A stretch of DNA of 64,000 nucleotides from Polyangiaceae bacterium (GCA_965222375.1 CBDCTZ010000016.1:2240001-2304000), one strand, 5' to 3'. Shown: positions 9,333 through 19,375, counted from the first letter of the stretch. Numbers and translations: made by a program. Notes: generated by a model not told the origin, from the sequence alone.

Positions 9333-11687
9333 ATGGCGAACATTCCCGCGAAGACCCGACTCATCGGAGCTCTCGCCGTACCTTTTCTGGTAGGCCTCGG
9401 CGCCACCGCGACCACGGCGAGCTGCTCCAGCTCTTCCGATGAAGAGACTGGAACGGTGCTGGGCAAGGACGTGCAGAGCCTCGTCTACATTGTTCGGCAG
9501 CACACCTCGGTCGAGGGTGACGGTAATGTCAACATCAACGTGGCCGGCGGCATGGGCCAGGTCATCAACTACCTGCGCTACGTGCCGGGTGCTCGAATCG
9601 AGATCAAAAACCTGGTTACCGGCGATGTCGAGAACGTCATCGAGGACTTCCCCACCGCGGACGTCTCGAGCATGGAGCTGTCCTTCGACGCCAAACGGAT
9701 CACCTTTTCGATGAAGAAGGACGGGGACGACGACTTCCACATTTACGTCGCGGACCTCAAGCGTATCGATGGGAAGTTCCCCATCCGCCAGTTGACCTTT
9801 GGCCCGAGCGACGACGTGTACCCAATCTTCGTCGCGGGCGGCAAGATCGCTTTCGTTACGAACCAGGGCTACACCGAGATGGGCACCCGAGCAGATGAAT
9901 ACAACCACTCTCGTCAGGTCACCCAGATTGCGGTCGTGACGGAAGCCGGTGGCGACGCCGACCGGCGCCTTTGCTCTCAGAATCTGTCACACACCGTCAA
10001 CTTGTTCCCCTTGAAGGACGGCCGGGTTGGTTTCTCGCGCTGGGAGCATCTAGAGAGCGTCAACGATGTGAAGCTGTTCGCGATGAATCCGGACTGCACC
10101 CAGATGGTCGCCATCGGTGGGCAGCACGGTAAGCCGAGCAACAGCCTGGTGCAGATCGCCGAGTCCAACACACCGAACGTGTTCCTCGCGATTGCCACCA
10201 ATCGTGAAAACACGATTCAGTCGGGTTCGTTGATTCAAATCGATGCGCGTTCCCCGGCGGACCCCTCGAGGTTTTACGAGGAAGAGCCGACCTATGACAT
10301 TCTGACCCCAGCCGTGCCGAGGGACGAGGCGCCGTCGCCGGTGGGTCGCTATCGCTACCCGGCGTCGCTGCCCGATGGACGCATCCTGGTGTCCTGGGCT
10401 AGCGGCATGGTCAACGAGCAGAACGAGCTGTCGCTCACAGCGCCGGACTTCGGGCTCTACATCTACAATCCCCAGACCCGCGAGAACCAGCTGGTCGTGA
10501 ACTACGAGGGCAGCTGGGAGATGTACGGCCGCGCCGTCAGCCCGCGTGCGGAGCCGCCGATCATCGCATCGATTCAGGACAGCACGGACGCCACGGTCCC
10601 GACGCTCATGGGATCCATCGATGTCAAGCAAACTTCACTGTCGAGCGTGCACGGCCAGACCGTCTCGGGCGCGCAGTTCGATGGCACGCCGGTTGAAGAG
10701 GCCCTGAAGCAGTCCCATCGGGTCCGCATCATCGAGGGCTTTTCCAGCGAAGGGGCGCCCGGTACCCGTATGTTCGGCCTGACCATGGCTGAAGGCGCTG
10801 CGATGCTCGGCGAGGCGAAGGTCGAAGCTGATGGGTCCTGGCTGGCGGCGATTCCACCGTACGTGCCGGTGCACCTGCAGCCCATCGACCGCTACGGTCT
10901 GTCGATTCGAAGTCAGACGACTTGGATTCAGGGTATGCCGGGCGAGGACCGGGTCTGCGGTGGCTGCCACGAGAGTCGCACCAAACCGATTCTCTCGGGT
11001 GGCCAGCAGCTGACCATCGCGGCAGGTCGCGGCGCGGAGCAGATGAACCAGGCGGTTGCGGATCGGCTGGAGCTGCCCTGGTACGGCGCCGACGCACCGT
11101 ACAAGGCCAACGAGGTTCAGGAGCTGTTGAACGCCAAGTGTGTCAGTTGCCACAACGAGAGTACCAACGGCAATGGCCCGCAGGAGTTCTACACCATCAC
11201 GATGACGGACCCGCTCAGCGGTGCCGCCACGCCGTACCAGATTCCTCGCATGGATCTGTCGTCACGGCCCATCACGGTGGAGTACGACAACGAAATCAAG
11301 CCCTACGCCGCCTCCTATGTGAGCATCTTCTACGTGGATGCGTTGCAGATGGAGATGGAGGACGCCACTGTGACCGGCACACTGCCGCCGGTTTGGGCGA
11401 TACCGAGTTCGGCACGCCAGAGTGCATTGATCGAGAAGATCAACGCCGTTGCCGAGGGCGACCCCAACGCCACCGCGTGGAAGCTCGGGGAGCCCTTCAG
11501 CGACCCGAACATCAAGGGCGGAAGCCGCACGCTGCATCCCGAGGACGTGGGAGTCACGCTCACCAGGGAAGAACGCTTGATGCTCATCCGCGCCATCGAC
11601 ATGGGTGGTCAGTATGAGGCTCGACAGAACAACGGCTTCCAGGCCTACGGGGGCGACCCCCTCGGCGGCGGTGGGAAGCAGTACTGA
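9333..11687 (+). CDS. Hydrazine synthase alpha-like lipoprotein: beta-propeller, HZS-alpha middle domain and cytochrome c domain (2 CxxCH)
   Basis: GAGGA RBS; lipobox TASC; PD40-like repeats (LSFDAKRITFS, IRQLTFG); EADGSWLAAIPPYVPVHLQPIDRYGLSIR...PGEDRVCGGCHE; VQELLNAKCVSCH; 784 aa. Confidence 0.8.
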   Translation: MANIPAKTRLIGALAVPFLVGLGATATTASCSSSSDEETGTVLGKDVQSLVYIVRQHTSVEGDGNVNINVAGGMGQVINYLRYVPGARIEIKNLVTGDVENVIEDFPTADVSSMELSFDAKRITFSMKKDGDDDFHIYVADLKRIDGKFPIRQLTFGPSDDVYPIFVAGGKIAFVTNQGYTEMGTRADEYNHSRQVTQIAVVTEAGGDADRRLCSQNLSHTVNLFPLKDGRVGFSRWEHLESVNDVKLFAMNPDCTQMVAIGGQHGKPSNSLVQIAESNTPNVFLAIATNRENTIQSGSLIQIDARSPADPSRFYEEEPTYDILTPAVPRDEAPSPVGRYRYPASLPDGRILVSWASGMVNEQNELSLTAPDFGLYIYNPQTRENQLVVNYEGSWEMYGRAVSPRAEPPIIASIQDSTDATVPTLMGSIDVKQTSLSSVHGQTVSGAQFDGTPVEEALKQSHRVRIIEGFSSEGAPGTRMFGLTMAEGAAMLGEAKVEADGSWLAAIPPYVPVHLQPIDRYGLSIRSQTTWIQGMPGEDRVCGGCHESRTKPILSGGQQLTIAAGRGAEQMNQAVADRLELPWYGADAPYKANEVQELLNAKCVSCHNESTNGNGPQEFYTITMTDPLSGAATPYQIPRMDLSSRPITVEYDNEIKPYAASYVSIFYVDALQMEMEDATVTGTLPPVWAIPSSARQSALIEKINAVAEGDPNATAWKLGEPFSDPNIKGGSRTLHPEDVGVTLTREERLMLIRAIDMGGQYEARQNNGFQAYGGDPLGGGGKQY

Positions 11688-11721
11688 GGTTGACCGGAGA
11701 AGGAAGAGAAGGAAGCAAGCC

Positions 11722-12645
11722 ATGAAACGCAACAACAAGACCGCTTTCGTATCCCTCGTAGCCGGCGCAACCCTATTTGTCGCCGGAAGCGTAGCCGCAG
11801 ACTCGAACGTCAAGTCTCGCTACAAGTCCCACGACGCGCTGAGCCAGCACGAGACCTCTCTGGAGGGCATCACGCCAATCGCCCAGCTCAAGAACATCGG
11901 GGCTGGCAACGTAGCGCCGACGGAAATCTGGCGGCGCCTGGAGCACGGTGAAAAGGTGGAGTGCCTGAACTGCATCCCCGTCGTTTCGAAGCTGCTTTTC
12001 GACGGTCACCCCAAGACCCGCGAGATTGCGGCTTGGTGGCTACGCCGCCGCATTCTAGGCGTGTTCGGCCCTGGCCAGGTTTACGAGACCACTCGAAGCA
12101 TGGTCACAGACATGAGCAAGACGGAAACCGAGCGCGCCTACGCGGTGGATGCCATGGGTGAGTTCCTGGTGGGAGCAGGAGTTGCCCCCGTTGCCCAGGC
12201 GTTGACTCAGGATCCCTCGGCCAGGGTTCGCAAGCATGCTGCTCAGGCCCTGCAACGGATGAACAACCAGGGTCCGAACGGTGAGCTTGCTCAAGCCGTT
12301 GCTGACAAGGACGTGGACGTTCGTCTGGCGGCCATCAAGGCCACCACCCGCATCCACGTGTTCACGGGAGTTGACGCTCTGGTCAAACGCATCAGTGACG
12401 AGTCGCCGCGGGTGCGCAAGCGCGCAGCCTTGGCCCTCGGTGCCATGCGCTCCAAGGATTCCGTCGTTGGTTTGATTGCTCTGACTTCGCCCGACAACGA
12501 GTCGGATCCCGAGGTGCGAGCCGCGGCGGTATGGGCACTGGGTCAGATCGCCGACCCTGCGGCGAAGGACGCCGTCACGGCGGCAGAGAAGGACCCAAAC
12601 AACTTCGTGCGTGACGCGGCCAAAATCGCGGCTCGGCGAATCTAG
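11722..12645 (+). CDS. Secreted HEAT-repeat (PBS-lyase-like) protein
   Basis: Signal peptide; repeats DPSARVRKHAAQAL, DVDVRLAAI, ESPRVRKRAALALG, DPEVRAAAVWALG; CLNC motif. Confidence 0.88.
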   Translation: MKRNNKTAFVSLVAGATLFVAGSVAADSNVKSRYKSHDALSQHETSLEGITPIAQLKNIGAGNVAPTEIWRRLEHGEKVECLNCIPVVSKLLFDGHPKTREIAAWWLRRRILGVFGPGQVYETTRSMVTDMSKTETERAYAVDAMGEFLVGAGVAPVAQALTQDPSARVRKHAAQALQRMNNQGPNGELAQAVADKDVDVRLAAIKATTRIHVFTGVDALVKRISDESPRVRKRAALALGAMRSKDSVVGLIALTSPDNESDPEVRAAAVWALGQIADPAAKDAVTAAEKDPNNFVRDAAKIAARRI

Positions 12646-12667
12646 TACGACAATCAGCAATAGGGGC

Positions 12668-12705
12668 AGTGCAGCTCGGTCTCAGGATCGGGCTGCGCTC
12701 TTTTT
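12668..12705 (+). terminator. Rho-independent terminator after the HEAT gene
   Basis: AGTGCAGCTCGGTC-TCAG-GATCGGGCTGCGCT stem (with G-U pairs) followed by CTTTTT. Confidence 0.7.
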
Positions 12706-12850
12706 GTGGTCCGTCGAAGGCGTCACCAGGGCAGTGCTTCGGCACGCTTGAGCTCGCCCCCTCGTCCTCTTTGAGCGTCTGGAAAATCGACTGAGTTGAT
12801 GGCCGTTGCAACATGACGAATGTCAAGTTTCGAGCTAAAATTCCCGGGGA

Positions 12851-15800
12851 ATGTCGAGCTTTTCTCGCCTGGCCATCTTTCTGTCCGCCGTCTCTGGGCT
12901 CGCGATCTCACCGGGTTGCAGTCAGGAAGACCCTGGCGCCCAGAGCACGTTCTACGATCGCAAGATCGGTCCCATCCTGCAGCAGTCCTGTGTGTCGAGT
13001 CCCGCCACGTCATCGTGTCACACCGCTGCAGATGACCGCGGCAACGCCTTGGGAAACTTGAACATGGAGAGCTTCGATACGTTGTCGAAGCGCACCGATC
13101 TTCTCATCGACTACGGACCCTACGGGGTGTCTGGCTTGTTGTTGAAGGCTGTGCCGAACTTCGAGTTGAGGCTGACTTCCTGGGATGGAGAATCTCAGAG
13201 CATCACGACGGACATTGCACATGCGGGCGGGTCGCTCTTCGACTTCACGAGCGTGAGTTACACGCAGCTCGATCGCTGGATCGAAAACGGCGCGTCCGAA
13301 AATAACGCCGCGCCCAAGGTCCTCGAGCCCGTCTTGAGTGCCTGCAACTCGACCCTGGGCCTGGACCCAGCTTTCGACCCCAATAGCGATCCGGCGGCTG
13401 CGGACTTCGCTCAGTTCAAATCTCAGGTGAACGGTGTGCTGACTTCGAGTTGCGCGGCGGGCAACTGCCACGGTAACCCGTCGAACTCCCTGTACTTGAC
13501 TTGTGGCTCCAGCGCAGAGGAAGTGCGTTGGAACTACTTTGCTGCCAGCGATTACGTTTCCGTAGACGCGAGCGCCAGCGAGATCATTCGCCGTGTGCTC
13601 TCTCCCGAGCAGGGTGGCACCTACCACGAGGGTGGTGCGGTGTTCCCGTCCGCTGATGACCCTGGCTACCTGGCATTGCTGACTTGGGCGCAGGCCCAAG
13701 GCGGCGCCACCAACGTACCCACGGATCCTGGCTTTCAACTCTTCGCAAAGCGCGTACAGCCCATGTTGGTCAAGCGTGGTTGCATGATGCTGGGCTGTCA
13801 TTCGTCGTCGATCTTCCACGACTACCGCATCCGGGGTGGCAGTGGCGGCCACTTTGGCTTGCCTGCGACACGCCGCAACTACGAGCTCTCCCTGGAGCAA
13901 CTCTCTCTCGAGTCGCCGGACCCAAATGCCAGCCGCATCTTGAAGAAGAACTTGCCTCCTTCAGCCCGCGGCATGTTGCATCGAGGCGGCGCGCTCTTCG
14001 CTGGTGCCGATCCGACCCAATGCGATCTTGTCGCGGCGGAGACGGGTCCGATCGACGATCAGGATCCGTACTGTGTCATCCTGGCGTGGATCGAGAAGGA
14101 ACGTGCCGAGCGCATGCCTAGCGCCGCGCCCCTTTCAGGTATCGTGTATGTGCGACGCCCGCCCGCGACCGGGCCGAACACGCCCCAAGATTGGGATGTC
14201 TACGCCGGAGGCTCGGATTTAATGCTCGCTACTGCATCCATGGACGCAGCGGGGAGCGTGACCGCTGGACCGGGCACTAGCTTGCTGGGCCAATGCGGTC
14301 TGACCCCTGCCAGCGCCGATGTGCGCCGCCCCGCGGTATCCTGGGATGGCAAGCGGATTGCCTTCGCGGCTCGCTCCTCCGCCAGCGAGCCCTACAAGAT
14401 CTACGTCATCGCTGGTTCCACTTGCGCCGAGGAGGCTACCATCAACGCGCCGCCCACGGATGAGAGCGGTGCGGCCATCCCCGACAACGGGGAGCTCGTG
14501 CACAACTTCGACCCGGCCTTCGCGCCCGACGGCCGCATCGTTTTCGCCTCAACCCGGGGCAATACGCGGAACGTGAGTGCGTTCAGCTACCAGGGGCCTC
14601 AGCGCACTCCCGCGGACCCATCGAAGCTCAATGCGAACCTCTACCTGCTCGAAAACGGCAAAATCCGGCAGCTGACCTTCGTGCTGAACCAGGAAATCCT
14701 GCCCTCCTTCATGTCCGATGGCCGGCTGATCTTCACCACCGAAAAGCGCACCCCCGGCTTCTACCAGTTGGCCGGTCGCCGCCAAAACCTGGACGGAGGT
14801 GATTATCACCCGCTGTTTGGCCAGAGGCAGACCATCGGCTTCAACCAGCTGACGGACGTGTCGGAACTCTCGGACAAGAATCTGGCGGCGATTTTCAGCG
14901 ACAAGGGCGCGGCGCACAGTGCCGGGACCCTCGCGGTCATCAATCGCAGCATCGGAGTCGACCAATTGAGCAATAATCCCGACGACTACTTGCAGGATCC
15001 GGCTGCCATCGACTGGCCGAATCCGGCCTTCTATCAAAAAGCCGTGCGCATCATCGACCCCGCAGCCACGGGCAAGGCCGGCCCAACTCAGGGCGCCTAC
15101 CGCAATGTGTCATCTCTGCCCAACGCGATGATGCTGGTCAGCTACGCCCCGAACGTCGCTGATCTCACGGCCTTCAGCGGCAAGTTCGAAATCGTGCAGG
15201 TGGACTCCGTCACTGGTGCACGCACTCCGCTCATTTCCCATGGGAGCGATGACCTGCTCTGGCCTGTAGGCGTATTCGAGCGTCAGAACCATGGCGTGTT
15301 CACATCGCGCATCGACGAAGCCAACGGTGCTTCCACCGTCTACACGGACGCTGCTCGCACCGACCGCAGCCAGATCACGGTGGTGGACATGCCGATTCTG
15401 GTTAGCCTGCTGTTCCAGAACACCCGCACTGGCCGCATCTTGCCGACCCAAAGCTACCCGGTCGAAATCTGGGAGAGCCTCCCGCCCGAGCCCGGGGTGA
15501 AGAGCTACGCTGATGGGGGTAGCTTCGTGACCGACGACGCCTTTGGCAAAGTCTACGCGCGGCGCCGTCTGCGGGGCGTGGCCAACTTGGAAAGTGACGG
15601 CTCGGTCAAATTCGAAATCCCCGGTGGCATGCCCATGGTGCTTGCGACCAGCGTCCGCCTCAACGGCGAGAGCGAGGACAACTACCACTTCCAGCGCGAA
15701 GAGATGCAGTTCTACCCCGGCGAGTGGGTGCGCCAATCCTTCCGCCGAGAGCTCTTCAACGGCATGTGCGCTGGCTGCCACGGCTCCGTCAGCGGTTTCG

Positions 15801-15925
15801 AGAGCGACATCGCCACCAATCCCGACATTCTGACCAAGGCCTCCAACGTAGCCGCCCGCAAGGCCAGCCCCCTCGACCTAGTCAACAAGACCCCCGGCGA
15901 CGCCAAACCGCCACCCTTTCCGTGA
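12851..15925 (+). CDS. Multiheme hydrazine synthase alpha-like lipoprotein: three atypical cytochrome c modules, beta-propeller and HZS middle domain
   Basis: Lipobox SPGC; CVSSPATSSCH, CAAGNCH, CMMLGCH; PAVSWDGKRIAFA, FDPAFAPDGRIVFASTR; ESDGSVKFEIPGGMP...PGE...CAGCH; 1024 aa. Confidence 0.78.
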   Translation: MSSFSRLAIFLSAVSGLAISPGCSQEDPGAQSTFYDRKIGPILQQSCVSSPATSSCHTAADDRGNALGNLNMESFDTLSKRTDLLIDYGPYGVSGLLLKAVPNFELRLTSWDGESQSITTDIAHAGGSLFDFTSVSYTQLDRWIENGASENNAAPKVLEPVLSACNSTLGLDPAFDPNSDPAAADFAQFKSQVNGVLTSSCAAGNCHGNPSNSLYLTCGSSAEEVRWNYFAASDYVSVDASASEIIRRVLSPEQGGTYHEGGAVFPSADDPGYLALLTWAQAQGGATNVPTDPGFQLFAKRVQPMLVKRGCMMLGCHSSSIFHDYRIRGGSGGHFGLPATRRNYELSLEQLSLESPDPNASRILKKNLPPSARGMLHRGGALFAGADPTQCDLVAAETGPIDDQDPYCVILAWIEKERAERMPSAAPLSGIVYVRRPPATGPNTPQDWDVYAGGSDLMLATASMDAAGSVTAGPGTSLLGQCGLTPASADVRRPAVSWDGKRIAFAARSSASEPYKIYVIAGSTCAEEATINAPPTDESGAAIPDNGELVHNFDPAFAPDGRIVFASTRGNTRNVSAFSYQGPQRTPADPSKLNANLYLLENGKIRQLTFVLNQEILPSFMSDGRLIFTTEKRTPGFYQLAGRRQNLDGGDYHPLFGQRQTIGFNQLTDVSELSDKNLAAIFSDKGAAHSAGTLAVINRSIGVDQLSNNPDDYLQDPAAIDWPNPAFYQKAVRIIDPAATGKAGPTQGAYRNVSSLPNAMMLVSYAPNVADLTAFSGKFEIVQVDSVTGARTPLISHGSDDLLWPVGVFERQNHGVFTSRIDEANGASTVYTDAARTDRSQITVVDMPILVSLLFQNTRTGRILPTQSYPVEIWESLPPEPGVKSYADGGSFVTDDAFGKVYARRRLRGVANLESDGSVKFEIPGGMPMVLATSVRLNGESEDNYHFQREEMQFYPGEWVRQSFRRELFNGMCAGCHGSVSGFESDIATNPDILTKASNVAARKASPLDLVNKTPGDAKPPPFP

Positions 15926-16171
15926 GCCGTTAACCTCCGCGCAAACTGGTGACCTGATGGATGTCGACGTGCCATCACCCTGTCCCGAGCCTGAGCTCCC
16001 ATTGCTGGGGTTCGTGGCTGAGCGAGAGTGCTGCTGGCTACACTCCACTCCCGTAGGGTCGCCCCAACAGGCATTGCTCCCCATCGCGAAAACCGCTCGG
16101 TCTCCCAAGAGCCGACGGGTTCGGAAAAGCGCTGTCCCGACGCCAGGCACACGCTTTGCGTGGTGCTTGCC

Positions 16172-17260
16172 ATGGCGTTCAAGTCGATGCCCCCAAAGCT
16201 GGCGCTAGTTATCGGAGTCCTAGGCGCAGCTTGCTCCGAGGGCAGTGTGGGTACGGAGCCGGAAAACGATGCAGGCAGCGAAACCGGGACGGCTGGTGCG
16301 GGCGGTGAGGGCGGCACTTCTGTCGTGGACGACGGCGGGATGGGCGATGCACTTGGCGCGGACTCCTCCGCAGATGCGGGCCAAGGCGATTCCGGGGCTG
16401 CGGGCGACGCGACGATCCCTGGCTCTTGCTCGAACTCCGTGCGGGATCCGGGGGAGGCGGACACGGACTGCGGCGGCATGTGCCCGATGTGCCCGCCGAC
16501 GTTCATCGAGGGGTTCGAAAACTTCTCGCTGAAACCGCCGTGGGGCGTCGGTGCGACCAACCAACTGGGTGACGTCGTTGGGTCCTCGGAACAAGCGCTC
16601 GTCGGCGCCGGGAGTTTGAAATCCTACCTAGGCCTAACAACAGACCCAACCTCCGGGAAGCTGCGCGCGGAACTGCAGTTCAACGGAAGCTCGCAGACTC
16701 CCAAGTTTCGCGACAACGGCAGCATCTGGGGCACGCGTTGGGCAATGTTCGTCCCGTCTGATTTCGTGGCGGACCCGACCCAAGAAGAACTACATCAGTA
16801 CAAGGGGTTCACTTCCCCTGGAGACACGATCGGAAATCCGCCCTGGAGCATTGGGCTCACGGGAAAAACACTCCACGCCTGGAATCGAACGCAGAACAAG
16901 TCCCCGGTAACCAGCTTCGTCTTGCAGAAGTTTCCCAATATACTGAGCATCGTTCCTGGCAAGTGGCACTACTTCGTGGAAGACATCCGCTGGGACTACA
17001 ACCCGAAGGGGAAGGGATTCGTGAAGCTCTACGCCAGCGTGGGCTCTTGGCCTTCAGCTGCGGATCTGGTCGTCGACTACGTGGGTGCTACCGGATTCAA
17101 CCAGCAGTACGGCGCCTACTTCAAACTCGGCGTCTACAAGTATGACTGGGCGAACGCATCGAAGTTCCAGGCGTCTTCTGCTGCCGGCGTGAAGGAAAGA
17201 CGCTACTACTTCGATGAAGTCGCGTTTCGCAAGGATGGGACATTTTTGTACGCGCCCTAG
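16172..17260 (+). CDS. Lipoprotein with Cys-rich linker and polysaccharide lyase-like (beta-jelly-roll) domain
   Basis: Lipobox GAAC; CSNSVRDPGEADTDCGGMC; RAEL, GKWHYF, YFKLGVYK, YYFDEV. Confidence 0.7.
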   Translation: MAFKSMPPKLALVIGVLGAACSEGSVGTEPENDAGSETGTAGAGGEGGTSVVDDGGMGDALGADSSADAGQGDSGAAGDATIPGSCSNSVRDPGEADTDCGGMCPMCPPTFIEGFENFSLKPPWGVGATNQLGDVVGSSEQALVGAGSLKSYLGLTTDPTSGKLRAELQFNGSSQTPKFRDNGSIWGTRWAMFVPSDFVADPTQEELHQYKGFTSPGDTIGNPPWSIGLTGKTLHAWNRTQNKSPVTSFVLQKFPNILSIVPGKWHYFVEDIRWDYNPKGKGFVKLYASVGSWPSAADLVVDYVGATGFNQQYGAYFKLGVYKYDWANASKFQASSAAGVKERRYYFDEVAFRKDGTFLYAP

Positions 17261-17732
17261 CCCTCGCGTGAGCACCCCGTCCGTATCCGCTGGCAGCAAG
17301 ACGCCCGAAGAGGCCACGTCCCCTGTGACGCGGGTTCGTCGGGGTCGCCGGGCTGACCGCTCAGCGCGTCGGTTGACGCGTGTGGGTAAGCGTTGCTTTC
17401 GACACCGGTGGGGCGTTTGCCGCGATTCGCCTGGTCTCCGGCCGACGCCCAACGCACCAGCGCGCGTGCAGTGCGCTTCACGGGCTAGCAGCTCAGGCAA
17501 TCCCCGACTTCGTCCAAGGGAGGCCGACCAATTGCCTGCGGGTGACGCTCCACCTCGCACCGCGATGAACTGCCGATGACGCTAGCTTCCGGCACATCCC
17601 CCCAAGAACACGGAGTCTGAACCGCCGCGTTTTGCGCTTCCCCAATCCCAAGAGCCTGCCGTCACCGCAGAAGGGTGGTGAACCATCAGTAGATAGAGGC
17701 TGCCGCGAACTCCGAGGGCGGGCACCTAGATA

Positions 17733-17845
17733 GTGTCAGCCCAAGACCGGGGGGGGGAGAAGCGCAGGGTGGGCGCTCGACGTCCCCCGAGCGGGGTTGG
17801 GCGGGGATGGGTTGCGACACTCGTTTCCCCGATCTGGGCTGACAC
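17733..17845 (-). ncRNA. Candidate structured small RNA (about 113 nt)
   Basis: Perfect 11-bp terminal stem extendable to about 19 bp, an internal hairpin, C-rich loops, and a TACATT -10-like hexamer just upstream on the minus strand. Confidence 0.35.
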
Positions 17846-18016
17846 ACACAATGTAAGACCGCTTTTGCTCGGCGCCAGCCCTCGGATTTGCGCAAGAAAC
17901 GTGGTGCTTCGTCGAAAGCCCCCGTACGAATGCTGCCAACCCGCATTCGCACAAAACGACGCGCGACCGCCGGTCCCAAGACACGACGGCCGCGAGCGGT
18001 TTTTTCAGCGCGGCGT

Positions 18017-19249
18017 TTACACGCGCTCGATGATGGTCGCGATGCCCATGCCGCCACCAATGCACAAAGTAACGAGCGCCGTGCTCTTGTCACTTCGCTC
18101 GAGCTCATCGAGAGCCGTGCCGAGGAGGCATGCGCCGGTGGCGCCAAGCGGGTGACCCAATGCGATGGCGCCGCCGTTGACGTTGACCTTTGCAGGATCG
18201 ATCTCCAAGCGACGGATCGTATTGATGGGTACTACGGCGAAGGCTTCGTTGATCTCCCACAAGTCGATGTCCTTGGCCGACATGCCCGCCTTCTTGAGCG
18301 CGAGCTCACTGGCCGGCGTGGGCGCCGTCAGCATGATCACGGGCTCGGCGCCGAAGGTGGCGGTCGCGCGGATCTTCGCTCGGGGTTTCAGGCCGCTCTT
18401 CCTTACGTAGCCATCCGAGGCCAGCAGGACCACGGCAGCACCGTCCACAATGCCGCTGGAGTTACCAGCGTGGTGGATGTGGTTGATCTCCTTGACCTCC
18501 GGATAGCGCTTGAGGGCGATTTGGTCGAGGGTTTCGCCGTTTGGCCCCATGGGCGCGGCTCCCATCATCACGAAGGAAGCGTCCAGGCCAGCAAGGCTCT
18601 CTTTGGTCGTTGCGGGGCGGGGGTGTTCATCCCGGTCGAGGGCCACGGAGCCGTCGTCCCCGAGGACTGGGAACATGCTCTTGGCGAATCGCTTCTCTTC
18701 GATCGCGCGGGCGGCTTTCTGCTGACTGCCCAGCGCGAAGGCGTCCACCTCTTCGCGGCTGACGCCATCCATGGTGGCGATGAGGTCGGCACTGATCCCC
18801 TGGGGGACCTGGAAGATTCGCTCCCGCAGCTTCATATTGAGGCCGTCGATCATGGCGTCGTCGGAGCCCATGGGGACTCGCGACATGCTCTCCACACCGC
18901 CGCCGACCACGAGGTCTTGCATGCCGCTCATCACGCCCATCGCAGCGAAGTTCACCGCCTGCAGACCGGAACCACAGAAGCGATTCAAGCTCACGCCGGT
19001 GACCGTTTCCGGCCAGTCCGCTGCGAGCACAGAGTTACGTGCGATGCAGGCGCCTTGCTCTTTGGCTTGCGAAACGCAGCCGACCACGACGTCATCCACG
19101 TCGGCCTTCTCGAGCTTCTGTCGCTTCGCGAGTTGGTTCAAAGTCTGAGCTAGTAGCTCCTGGGGATGAATACCGGAAAGTGCACCTTTGCCGGGCTTGC
19201 CACGGCCTCGCGGTGTGCGAACCGCGTCGAGAATGAATGCCTCACCCAT
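18017..19249 (-). CDS. Acetyl-CoA C-acyltransferase (thiolase)
   Basis: [45 protein letters not shown]. Confidence 0.96.
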   Translation of the reverse strand: MGEAFILDAVRTPRGRGKPGKGALSGIHPQELLAQTLNQLAKRQKLEKADVDDVVVGCVSQAKEQGACIARNSVLAADWPETVTGVSLNRFCGSGLQAVNFAAMGVMSGMQDLVVGGGVESMSRVPMGSDDAMIDGLNMKLRERIFQVPQGISADLIATMDGVSREEVDAFALGSQQKAARAIEEKRFAKSMFPVLGDDGSVALDRDEHPRPATTKESLAGLDASFVMMGAAPMGPNGETLDQIALKRYPEVKEINHIHHAGNSSGIVDGAAVVLLASDGYVRKSGLKPRAKIRATATFGAEPVIMLTAPTPASELALKKAGMSAKDIDLWEINEAFAVVPINTIRRLEIDPAKVNVNGGAIALGHPLGATGACLLGTALDELERSDKSTALVTLCIGGGMGIATIIERV

Positions 19250-19375
19250 TGTTCGTCTCCTCTTGGGGGTTTGGGGGTGCAGGAGGCTACCCCCATTTGG
19301 GCTGGCGTCGAGGGCGGCGGCGCTGGCAGCGTCGAAATTGGCGAGGCCGGGTGACCTAACGTACACTTTTGTCTA

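Noticed and set aside
9333..15925. Evidence of anammox metabolism
   Set aside because: Only alpha-like subunits are present; no hzsB/hzsC or HAO-like genes in the window; the context is myxobacterial.
17888..19153. 421-aa + strand ORF, and similar long antisense ORFs (25854-27146, 30659-31693, 6232-7092)
   Set aside because: Antisense shadows typical of high-GC genes.
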